Source: Callorhinchus milii (lineage: Eukaryota). Taken from it: 64,000 bases of DNA. Location: contig NW_024704742.1 of the NCBI RefSeq assembly GCF_018977255.1, forward strand, positions 119,228,001 to 119,292,000, given 5' to 3'. The notes beneath the pieces are model-generated. The model was not told where the DNA came from. It made no database searches and worked only from the letters and a program-made list of their open reading frames with translations. The position numbers and the translations under genes were made by a program. Shown here one piece after another: positions 27,161-39,629 of this stretch; the stretch's first letter is position 1; every line of letters starts with the position of its first letter.

Positions 27161-30100
27161 TATTGCAGGATATCACTTGGGCCACTTTCTCTCGCTCAAC
27201 CAGCACCTGCTTGCTGGACACCGCATCTGAGCATACATGACCAACCTCTGCCAAACCCCCAAACCAGTCACAGGATAGGGCTGGGGGCTAATTTGCACCC
27301 AGCAATGTCTCTCAATCAGACACTGAGTGGATGCCAATTTTTTTTTCTGATTGTTGCCAGGACACCAGGACAAATTCCCTTCTCTTTTGAATTGGTGCCA
27401 AGGGATCTTAACAATCACCTGAATAGGCAGATGGAAAGCTTAGATTGTGTCGACCTAGACTATGAGCTCAAAGTCTGAACACAGTGTTTGAATGCATAAC
27501 CTTCTTACTGAGAGGCAAGAGTGGTACTGACTGAGCCTGGCTGACACTTGATAAATGTTAATGATCAATATTCCTCTTCAGTAAAGTATCAAAATTTGAA
27601 ATCCAATTATTGGCACAGTTTACCTGCAAGGGCCACTCCCAATTTGCACAGATAATACCAACTATTTTCAACACACATTAATCAAGATGTCTTCAGAGAT
27701 GAACACATTTGATGTCAACTTTTAAAATGTAGATCAACTTAGTTTCCCTGTGAGGCTTTCCCTAAATTCTCAGGACTGGCAATCTTGGGCTTCTCTAGAA
27801 TCATCGCTCAAATATAGTAGTTCAGACGCTAAATACAGCACATGTCAAACTCCCGCAAACAAGCATAAAAAACATCAGCTGGGGTTAGGTTTCAGGTTGA
27901 CCTTTAACAACAGAAATCTACTTACATATAATGTCATGGTGTACTTAACCCCCATATGTCACCGAATGTGCATTTATGCAGGAATAAACCAAGAAAAAAA
28001 AACAGGATTTTTGAAAATAAAAGCGGAGGCTGCACAATTAGGCAGTGCTCAAGCATCAGAATTCTTTGTGCAGCATTAGCCTAAACTCAGCTTCTAACAG
28101 CAGCTTTACTCATTTGCGATTTTAAAATATTTGCATGCATCAGTTTAGAAACAACTGAACAAAACATCTCCACCTTTGTTCCATGAAAGATTGTAGTAGA
28201 GATTTGACAGTAAAATATGGAGCAAACAGTCAGGCTCTACCATGCTTTTAACCCCTCAAAATGCCCTTTGCAGTACTGGATAATGAAAACGATGAACCAA
28301 TAGAGTATAAAGTAGATACACAATTTGGGCTCAGAATGACCTCAGAGGTATTCAGAGGCACCACTTTCAATTGATGAAAACACTCCATTTACATTCAAAG
28401 ACTGGCCAACACCAGCTCTCACCTTACTCCCTTGACTTTTCAGCCCTCTCTTGAAGTAAGTTAATGGATTTGCCTTCAATCAAGATCCAGGCTTCAAAAA
28501 AAGAATGAAATGTAGCTGAAAACATTCACAATTAAATCAAGCTTTTTAAGCTTCTACTTAGTCTCCCAAAGTTCACCAGTGTTTTGCCTGCAAAATATAC
28601 TTTGCAGTGTATTCTGTGAAGCACTTGGAGATGTCTCAAAGTCGTGATAAGGCGCTATATAAAATGCAAGGATAATTATTATTATTCAGCCAGTATGTAG
28701 GAAACTGTTTTCCAAACGGGCTAAACGTATTACACTGATAGTGGCCTCCTTCCCCGTTGATTCTCTATTGTAGTACAGCATCACTTTTGTAAGATTTATT
28801 GCTGGTTCATGTCAAGAGCAGCCATTCAACGATTATTTTGATAAACTTAATTATCTTTATTCTGGTATTTCCGTTAATCCTAAGAGTTTACAAACTATTG
28901 TAATTTGTGTCACTCGCATCTGAATCAGAAGGTTGTGGGATCAAGCCCCACATTGGGACATGGAACCACATAGTCTAAACTGACACTCCAATGCAGTGCT
29001 GGGGGGCGGGGGGTGGTTGCATTGTTGAGTTCCTGTCCTTGGGATGAGATGTTAAACTGAGCTCCCATTTGCGTGGTGGAGCACCTATGCCATGTGTAAT
29101 TAAAGGCACAAGATTTGGGTTTTGCAATGCTTAAAGTGGGTAGTTCAGTAATCGTTCAACCTAATCAATATCTTCCCTGATTCAGTTAAGAGCTGCTCAA
29201 AATATTCTTTAGTTGCAAGAGCCATGTAATACTTCTATGTTTAATACCAATCTGGACTCTGTAGGACATGATGTAACACTACCACATTTTCTACTTTTTC
29301 ACTGGGCTAGGGAAAAACTATCTTTCTCAATCTAGGCCCTGAGAGTTCCTTCACAACAAATTTGCTTTCTGCATTTCAACTAATTTTTCAAATGAAGCTT
29401 TCAAGCTTGTTCACAAGTTACTTCCAGCACAAATTCACATTTCTCCTTCCAACAACTTGTTGTATACTTCTCTACTTCTGCAGTCTCTCCATGACCTTTC
29501 CTAAAAAAATTCCTTTGCATCTTTTAACCACATCCTATATTTTCCATTTTTGCTCCTACTTTATACTGAGTCAGACTCCAAACTTGGCTAGCACAACATT
29601 ATAAAGTACTTAGAATAAAAAAAAGCTCAATATTTATAAAGTGAGTCAATGTAATGATATGATGCAATCTACTCTGACCACCTCAAGGAGTGAAGTTGTC
29701 GTTCCTCAATTTTCTCTTCGGGACAATATTTCCATACCTTTCAACATGTACAAATTCAAACCCTGTTCCAAAATCCATTATTTTGCCATTTATTTTAATC
29801 TAAAGTTTTAAACATTCTGGATTTGTTTTATTATTTTTTCAAAACAATTTAATAAAATGATAATCTTGTGAACCTTAACAGCAAAAGTAAATGGAAACTT
29901 TTTTTAAAAAAAATTAACAAATTGACTGCTTAAAATGATTTATTCGATGCTGTTGAGATGTTTCTTTTTCTATGTGATTTGTAAGTTGCTGATAATTCTC
30001 AGCTAAATAAATAAAAAAAGTCCTGACATTGGACATTTCCCCCCTTCTCAAGGCATCAATTTATACTCGGGGATTGTCCCATGGGTGCCAAGAAACCCAC

Positions 30101-30429
30101 TGATACTTCACCCGAGTGCCTTAGTCTTGAACTGAAAAATGTGAGTGTTGGCAGTTGTTCTACCCTAGGGAACAATACAGCAGAGTCCAATCCTGTCTAA
30201 CAGACTTCCACATCATTCCAGCAGTGTTCAAGAACAGGAACTCAAGACAGTTTTCTCTTCCCTAGCTATTTCATTTCCATCAGAATCCCCCAAACAGAGG
30301 CCATTTGTAATGACTACCCCTTTCCACACCCCCACCCCTCCCATCATCCCAATCTGGCATTTTCCTGACCCACTGGCTATTTCTGTCATTTTAAATACTT
30401 TATTTTGTTTAATAATCTCAGTGGAGAGC

Positions 30430-30900
30430 CCAAGTCCTTTTCAGTCAGAAACAGATTTGGTGAAATATTTAGGGAAGAGAAGGCCAAAACGGCAATCAAA
30501 GATGGATCTTTAGAAAGCACAGGAGGGGGAAAAGCAAGGGATTTCCGAAGAATTTCTGAGGGTGGGAAAAAGTGGCTGAAAACTCAACTACCAATGGTGG
30601 AGCCAGAGCTGGTGGAGAACAAGGAATAGTCAGGGGAGTCAGGATCACAGCAGAACACAGAGCTGGTGGGAAAAGGCAGTGACGGTATTTAAAAATAAGG
30701 ACAAGGATATTAAAATTGATCCGTTGGAGGAGAGGAAGCCGGGCAAAGACGCGGATGATGAGGTCACAAATCCTAGTACAGGATACGATGTTCTGGATGG
30801 TCCGAATCGTGAAGGGGTAGAGCCAGTGTTGGAAACGTCAAGTCTGGAGTTGACAAAAGCACAGATGAGGGTTCTGGTTGAGTTGCTTTGGAATATTGCA
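30430..30900 (-). mobile_element. Old LINE2 ORF2 C-terminal fragment
   Basis: Degenerate version of the same purine-rich LINE2 body (gtctggagttgacaaaagc...). Confidence 0.6.
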
Positions 30901-33050
30901 GGCCAAGATAGCTCAGGTATTGGATTACCAAAGCCACCATAGAGATTTGTTTAATTACATTCTCCCTTCACCAGGAGCATCACAAAGCCACCAAGACTGT
31001 TTACCCCTCTTCAAGGGGGATTGTCTGATGAATATACAAAATTACTGTTCATATGATTCTTCAATTATAGAATATATATATATATTACCAGAGAGATGCA
31101 ATTGTATTGAAAAGATTTGGGTGAACACGTCTTTTGTATCAACTGCAGACATTAATCATTCAATGTTTTGTATCCCTACATTTAAAACAAACCATATCTA
31201 CAAAGACAAAAAACTTATTTGTTTAAAAGGGCAACACACTTCAATTTCAATTCCAATTAAGACCTTTCTCTTATCTTCCTAAAATCCATTCAGTATTTTA
31301 AAAAGTAAACAAGTATACACTATCGTTCATGCTACACAAGCCATTTGGTGGAAAGGTTGGAGCAGCACAGCACGAAGAAATGAATCGCGATTAATCAAAT
31401 GACCAATCACTTTGGACCACTTGCCTCCCCTCCTAGTGGTTGCCTATGGAACATTACACATAAATGCTGGGAGCCTGGCTTTCATCTTAAAAGTGTGCTT
31501 CAGGAGAGAAGACAAAGAGGAGAACCTTTACTTCGGAAAGGGGTGGGGCTGGATTTCAGTCCCCTTTTAAAATCTGTTTTCTTGACCCTCCTTTCTTTGT
31601 CCCCATGTTCTTTGCTTCGTTGTCTCAGTTTCTCTTCTCTCTCCCCACCCCCCCCCCTTCTTGTTCACACCCCACTTGCCCAGTTTTCCCCCTCTTCTTT
31701 TATAGGTAGAAAGTAAGAAATGCGGTTGGCATCATATTTGTAATACTATACTTGGATAACCTTCAATATTAAGAGTTCCAACTGACAAGGCTTTAAGGTG
31801 CAAGGAACTGAATGAACTGCATTAAAACTATCACTTGAGCTAACGATAGTCCCGCCTCCAAAATGCCATTCTCTCACTGGAGGGCAAGAGAAGTGAAAAG
31901 CATTAAATACCAGTTCTGAAAACATCCCACAGCTGAGCAATGTGGGAACAATGACAGAAAATTGTACACAAGGATCATGTTGCATCATTTACCATAAAAG
32001 AGTTTGGAATTCTCACCAATATCACAATAAATTGCATTTATATAACGCCTTTCACATTTGGATGACAACAACAACAACAAAATTACATTTACAGAGCACC
32101 TTTCACGTCGGGAGGACTTCGACCCAAGAAAAACTGCAATGTATGGATTTACACCAAATTCAAATGACAGGCATTAATTAAAATGCTTCCCAAGTAATAA
32201 TCATTTGCACTCATTCCTATGCACGTTTAGTTATGCTGTTTTAGCTGGTTAACTTCAGAAGTACCCCCAATGCCTGTTGTCCAAACCTCAGTTCATGCCA
32301 ACCTGTGCCTAATACTTTCTGGCATTTATTCAGGGAGAAAGTATGCACTCCATTCCAGACAACTGGGAAATTTCCATGCTTATGTTGAATTCTAGTTTGG
32401 ATCCTCTATACGTCTACTTACATTTTAGGTTCTTCTAAGGTTCCCCCTTTCCAATGAATTTCGTCACAAGATCCCACGTTTATATTAGTTAGACAGTATT
32501 ACAGTCCTTTATGGCCTGAGCTCTGAAGGGTCACCCACAGATTGAGAGACTAATTAATTTCTCATCCACTTTAAAGGAATGGTCACAGGTAGTCATTGTA
32601 GAACCCCACCCCACCACCCCCAATATTATTCAAAATTTCAGCTTTTGCAAGTGCAATACTAATCTTTTGTTCATATAATATATTAAAAAAAAGAACAGTA
32701 CAATATTGTAACCCCTTGCATTGCCCAATGCAAAATAGCAGAACTAAACAGCAGATAACTGACCTGGGATCCAATCTATTCCCACCACATTGAGATACTG
32801 CTTGTAATGCAGTATTTGTCTAAACTGATAGGGACAAATAACTTGCTTGGTAATCATGGGCCACAGCCTAAATTAATTCTACCCATTACAAGGTGAGATA
32901 GATTAGCTGTATGGCGTAATGGCATTTTCAGTTTACTTTCTACATAAAGAACTACAATACAATATGAAAAAGTCAACTTACACAAGTATGAACATTTACT
33001 TGGTACTTCCAAAAAACCGCAATAAATTTTCCAGGCACCATTGACTGTTA

Positions 33051-34486
33051 GTTAAAGGCTTCTTTCCACTATCAACTCACAAGTTAGTTTCCACACGGAC
33101 GCTGGCAAAACCCAAATCTACCCATCTACTTCTGCTCTCAATTCCAAGTCCACTTATGTTCTGACGGCCTGCCTGCCAGATATCAAGGCCCGACGAACCT
33201 TAAATTCCTTCAGTTTAACATGGACACCACAGAAGTAATTTTCTTCAGCTCCAGCCAACACTTTCTTTCTTCCAGCTCAACTTCCTGAATCTTCCTGGTC
33301 TCTCTCGCTCTCAAACTCACAGTAGCCTTTCTCTCAAGCACATAACCAGTGTGGAAACTTAGTGGTCAACTCGCTCCTTTGCTCTCTTTTCTTCTTCACA
33401 CTTAATACCTGACCAAGATTGCTTTTCACCATTTTCACCTCTTCGTCTAACTGAGGCTCCATCGCCATGCCCAGTGCTGCCGTAGCCCCTCCCCACACTT
33501 GGCAGCCACGTCCCCTCCCCATCTGCTTGCCCCCCTCATCAAAATCTTATTAAAACCCTACCTCTTCGTCCAAGCATGGTTGTACTCCTTAGGTGCAGCA
33601 CATTGAGTACACTCCCTGGAGAACCATATACCCACCCCCCCCCACTTTGTGGAGGAAACAAAAGAAAAGTCAATTTGGAGAAAACAATCATCCTGGAAAA
33701 TCCCTCCCGAACTCTCAGGGGCATCAAATATCTCCACCTATTCAAAGACTTCAATATAGAAAGCCACCACTGATCCCAGACATCGTTAATATAGAAAAAT
33801 ATAAAAAAAACAAATCTGATCGTTTTTTTAAAAAGCTGGAATTTGCTGAAAAATTCACTAGAATATTGCAGCTGAGTGCACCACAATTCAGTGTCAATTC
33901 TGATAGTTTTTAAACGGGATTTCTTTGCTTCATGGTCAGAGATCTTTTATCCCCCTTTTTGTTCACTTACAATGAAGTCACTGATTTCCAAATTTTACTC
34001 AGGGTAACAGCAACCAGATTGGAGTTAGTGAGTCAGTGAATTAAAGAGCTGTCTTGTGAGTATTGAATGTTTGAAATAATAAAGCAACAAACCAGCCTTG
34101 GGAAAGGGTTCCCATTAAATATAACCATCACCTTTTTTAAAACAATCAAGCTAAAGAGCTCTTTGGAATGGTAGTCATCTGGCAAGATATTAAGTTATCA
34201 TCTCTTTTATGATGAGCTACCTTTCCTGAAATTATTGACATTGAAATTTGCAGACAGCTTTATTGATTTACCAATTCAAAAATCACATACACACTAACAC
34301 CATGGGTTTGTGCAGTTTTAAATCTACATTCAGGTTTCAATGTAAACATTACCTCAGAAACTATGCAGGCAGTCAGAACACAAGTGTACTTGGAATTGAG
34401 AGCAGAAGTAGATGGGTAGATTTGGGTTTTGCCAACATACATGTGGAAACTAACTTGTGAGTTGATAGTGGAAAGAAGCCTTTAAC
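33051..34486. repeat. 122-bp inverted repeat pair (33051-33172 / 34365-34486)
   Basis: Hand alignment gives 115/122 identity in inverted orientation with a 1192-bp spacer. Confidence 0.92.
33085..33560 (+). mobile_element. Old LINE2 RT fragment
   Basis: tttccacacggacgctggcaaaacccaaatctac resembles the FHMYADDTQLY coding region; degenerate downstream LINE2 sequence follows. Confidence 0.65.
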
Positions 34487-37400
34487 CAATGCAATAAATT
34501 TAAGCAATACATTTCCCCATTTAATTTTGAACCAGAAAACATAACAAATGTAAAGAAAAAAAATGCTAGGTATATCAGCTCTGCTGTCAAAAAGCAATAC
34601 AACTACTTAATACATTAATGAATGTATTAAAACTGAGTGTTGTAACTGGAAAACAGGGTTGTAAAACCACAAGTGGGATCAATACCCATTAGTTTTAATT
34701 GCTTTTCATAAAAGTAAAAAGTACCATCTCACCTTATCCCAAACGGTTACTGTAAATAAGTTAAAGATATTTAATGAGCATCCTTAGCTTGAACTTCATA
34801 TTGAACTTCAACTTGAATTCATATTGCAAACTGTATTTTACTTAAAGGAATACAACACCAAGTCCAATTTAACTGCCCTTTCCCCATACCCCTGTAATGT
34901 ATTCCTTTGACATTGCATCTTATCACATTATGCAAACATCTCAAAGCACTTCACAGGATTTTATATTAAGTGTAGTGACTGTATTAGTAGGCAGATTTTG
35001 CAATCCTCCAACATGTTTTTATTGGCACTCAGTACTGAAGTGGGCAAGGGCCAAATATGATGTCAGGCAACAGTTAAATTGCAGCAATGTAAATAAAAAC
35101 AATGTGTTAACCAGAAAACATTTTCAGCCATTGAATTGGCAAAATATAAAAAAAATTACAAGATACAGCAACAGAAGTGCACATTATTCTTAAAGTAATG
35201 TTTTTAAGAAGTTTTTCTGGAGTATTCCTTTTGATACCACCACATTCTGGACAGTATTTTTTAGAAAATCTGCAGGAACATCATGATATTATAACAACAT
35301 TTTACTTCTCAAACTAGTTTTTACCATTTTGAATAGGATACTACCAGAGTTTGTAACCTCACAATTTCTTTTATTCTAGAAAACTAAATGAAGTGCACTT
35401 CATTTTTATTCACTAAATGAAACTTAATGTAAAAGATAATCAGAGTTTAATATCTTTTAAAGATAGATGTAATGACTACTAAGTCAAATACATAGGTGCA
35501 ATAGAGATCATAGGCTGCGGTCGTGGAAAAAAATCATTTTGTACATTATTAATTAGCAGCCTTAGTACAGTGGATAAAGTAGGTGAATTTACTCATAAGT
35601 CACAGTTCATACCTGGACGGAGAAAAAGCATCAAAGGTTACGCTGGTTTGTGGCTATGCCACAACAATATTAACCTTGAGATCTTTTTCCAAGCTGTTGC
35701 CAGGTGTCCAAAAAGAATAGTGGGTGCAATTAGGTAGAAGACAAAAGATAACCCATTTCAAACTTCAAAAATGTAGTTTTTTCATGGACATTCTATCAGA
35801 TGAAAGGAAAGAGTAAAACTTAAGTTAAATTAAGAAAAATGCTTAGATCAACAGGAACATGATGGATGAGCATAGGGAAAGAGCAAAGGACACAGATTAG
35901 AGTAGTTAGCTCCTGTGGAATACAGATAAGAAATCTTGTAGCACATCACCAATATTAAAATGGAATTACTATACCCTACATCAAATCTTCAAATGATGTC
36001 AGGAAGAACCTACTCAGACTTCTTTAAAACAACCAATCTGAGTCTAATCTAAAAAAGTTGAAACAGTAAACATGATAGTCTTAAAATGAACAGAAACACG
36101 ATATATATGATGCAAATACTATGAGCAAGTATGTCAAACTCAAAACAGCGCGCAAAGAACTCCAAACTAATTTAAACAAAATTATATCTACAGCATTTAA
36201 ATTGCACTATTTCTACCACATCTAGACAAAGCAAGACTTGCCCATGCCTGGAGTGCAAACAGAGGAATGTTGCTTCCAGGCATAGACTCTGCAGAACTAC
36301 TAGATCTAAACTAGCAATTGAAAAATAAATATTTCAAGATTTCAAGATGTTAATACATGAACAACTTACTTCCTTAAAACAAAAAAAACACTTTGATACA
36401 TCAGATTCCTAATGTGGAATTCATTTGGGCAGTTTACATCAAAGTTGAGTCAAAAGTAAGAAACTATTGAGAATTTTGCATTTGATCATCTCATTTAATG
36501 AAATTACAAGGATGCTTGATGTGTGAAATTTGGACAGAAAGTGGGAGGCCCACAGGGGAAAAGAAAAAAAAACAAACTAGAATAGCAGAAACTTGTTTTC
36601 TGTTATTGGAAATTAAGAACACTTAGAACAGGGTAATGGAATCAATTCTCCATCCAACCCAAACCATGTATGACCAGGGATAATTAATGCTGGTACTGGA
36701 GGATAATTTGGAACATACTCAAAAGCATTTGTAAATAGCAGTTTCTACAGCTGCCTGAATTTATGATTCTCAGGCAATCCTCAAACTCTGCAGAGTTCAC
36801 CTGCCCACTGGCAGAAGTCTCCTTTGACTGCAATCCGCTTCTCTGAAGTTGAAATCGGTGCCTGAGCAGAGATGGATGAGTACTTGAATTATGTGTCATT
36901 TACAAGTTACACAAATCAAACCCCACATATAGGAAAAGAGTTAACTTTCATAGGTCCATCAACTAGACCAATCAAAAGTGTAGCACCCTAAAGAGATCGC
37001 ATACCAGCTGATACTGAGAGTTTGAGGAGCAAGAATGCTCATCATTGTTATAGAGATCGTCGGTAGATCCAGGCTAATGTAATGACAAGTTAGAAGTATT
37101 TTAAATTAAAAGTAACCTCTGCCACTATTTTATATTTACTGCAATGTGTTACATAGAACTATCAAATGAAGTTATAGAATAATGTTAAGTTTATTGATAT
37201 AAAAGTGGACTTAATAATAATGAGCAGTAACTACTTCCGCTCTCAAGAATCCATTAGGATATATAGTATACTTAGTACTGCAGTGTTAAACTGACAGAAT
37301 GGATTTATAGAATTACACCTGCATCACATTTTTCCCCACAACTTTGGTAAGTAGTTATTTACAAATTATTTCTGTGATATCCATTTAACAAATCTCCTGA

Positions 37401-37599
37401 GAACGTGGTTTATAGAACTCAGAAAATCGATTCTTGTTTATTTTAACATGTTCAAACCGCACAATTTCTATACAGCTCAGCATTGCTTGCATTAATACTC
37501 AAGTCACGTGAGTTTCTCATCAAGGAACAGTGCCAGCAAATAAACTACACCCCACTTGGCAGAGTGAAGCTGGAGGGAACAATATCAACTCATCTGGCA

Positions 37600-37927
37600 C
37601 TAGCTGTACCCTTGGCAGCTATGCTTGCAACCAAAGGATCCAATATGGAACGTACATTTCAGTGATACCACTTGCAAACCATTTAACATGCCATAAACAC
37701 CATGTGTACACCTTAAGCAAAACTGCCATACATGTGTGATGAGCTTGTTTAGATCATAGCTCATCAATGGTAGGAGATTCCCCCCACAAAAAATATGACC
37801 ATGACACCCCCCCACCCGATGCAAGATCTATCCAATGATACATAAATCATGTATCTAAGTCAATCTGTTATTGCAGTATTGGTGGACAAACAGAGAGACA
37901 CACAGACATTTTGTCTATTAGTACAGA
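37600..37927 (-). mobile_element. Non-autonomous Helitron-like element (328 bp)
   Basis: Minus strand A|TCTGTACTAATAGACAAAATGTCTGTGTGTC...GCAAGCATAGCTGCCAAGGGTACAGCTAG|T. Shows 5'-TC, 3'-CTAG, insertion between A and T, no TSD, and a weak subterminal hairpin. Confidence 0.65.
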
Positions 37928-39329
37928 TAAGTTAATGTCCATTGGACATTAACATGGATCAGACCAATGTCCATTCCTCTCCCTTCCAGTTTTATTATCT
38001 TTCAAGGATGTTTTCAGATCAATTTTCTCTTCAGTCAAGATAGCTGACTGTGAAATTCTCAAAGGCAATCCTCAATCCATATAATAGAGGTGTCCTGCCT
38101 TTGAATAGAACCAGTCTAGTCCCCTCCTCCCCTTCAGTGTTTGCAACATCTCAAAGGATGAACAGAGAATGGATGAAACTCTGAACTCACACTTTCATAT
38201 CTTTCATTATGATAAAAAAAGAAAAAAAATGCACATCAATATACAAATCTATCGCAGTTGACCGATAGGATTATGATAACAGGGACACTCACTCTGCCAG
38301 TACTTGTTCAGAGACTAAGTTACGGAAACTGAGTAATGCACAGCACAAATATTCTATTCTGTAAAGCACTTTGAGATGTCTAGAAGATGTGAAAAACGCT
38401 ATATCAAATGCAAGGATTATTATTTATTATTAAACTAGGTTTGTGTAATTGAACTAAAATTCAGCTACACAATAACCTGTTTTAGTTTCAGTCTTCAGTA
38501 TCAGTTTTAAAAATAAAATGACACCATCAAAGCTGCAAATTATTCTTCAAATGCATCCTTTTATGTTTCAAGCATGAGAGATAAGCATTTGGGTTATTCA
38601 TACTGTAAGCATAAAATGTTTTAACGGAGCACCACAGCTTTAGAAATCCCTCCCGTCTTGAGCCCTCACCCAAGGTAAGGTTATAATAAGTAATAATATG
38701 TATAAGCTCCTCACCAAGGGAAGATTTATCCTATGGAGTTTTAGAGCTAACCAAAAATATTTTAAACTTTATTTTCTACTAGTTTTTCTTCCCTCTTGAC
38801 AATGTGCTTATTCAAACTTTTTTTCTACTGTTCCATGGCAAACAGTGCTCTGTAGTACCTCACATTCATTATTATATGCAATGATGCCCTGTAGTGAGTT
38901 TAGGGGGTAGAAGATAGGCAGAGCAATCATAAAGAAGCCCAATATTACCTTCATCTAATGCATGCATACATGCAACTTTTAGCCAAAGCCTGGAAAACAA
39001 TCAGGAGCAGAAATCACAGCTGATTTTTCCCCTACCTAAACCAAATGGGCTAAGGCCAATTCTGGTGCATAAACTACTAACTTACCATGATCATGAGTCA
39101 ATTCTGGAAATGATTCTTGTCTGTATGGGCTAATGCTGCTACTTTATCCGCAGGCCATAAGAAGAGCCGAAAGATTCCAATTTTTATCTCAACAATTTTA
39201 GTTAGGAAATGCCCTGAAATTAACAAAAAAATTATATTGCTGCAACAAAACTCTTTCGGGTTACTAAATAATATCAGTGCTATTTGGGATATTCTAATCT
39301 TTAGCTGGATGAGCTTTAGATAAATGTAT

Positions 39330-39629
39330 GAAGAGTTCAGGCATGTTGTGATACGGCAAATAACAGATTTCCACTGGTCAGCAAGTAACAAGAAGAGGTT
39401 AGGGGGAAAAAAAAGTTTCACATAGAGTAGTTGGAATGTGGAACTCTGCCACAAACCGTTGTTGTAGCAGAGTCCATAGATTATTTTAAAAGGAAATTAG
39501 ATAGATGTTTGAAGATGATGGAATGATATGAGCAGCAAGCAACAGAGCAGGATTAAATTACATTGCTCATGTGGGGGGGAAAATAAACACTTGATTGACC
39601 AAATGACCTGTTTCCGTGTTGCAACATGT
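39330..39629 (+). mobile_element. CR1 LINE 3' end
   Basis: tttcacatagagtagttggaatgtggaactctgccaca...aggaaattagatagatg...gaccaaatgacctgtttccgtgttg. Confidence 0.75.
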
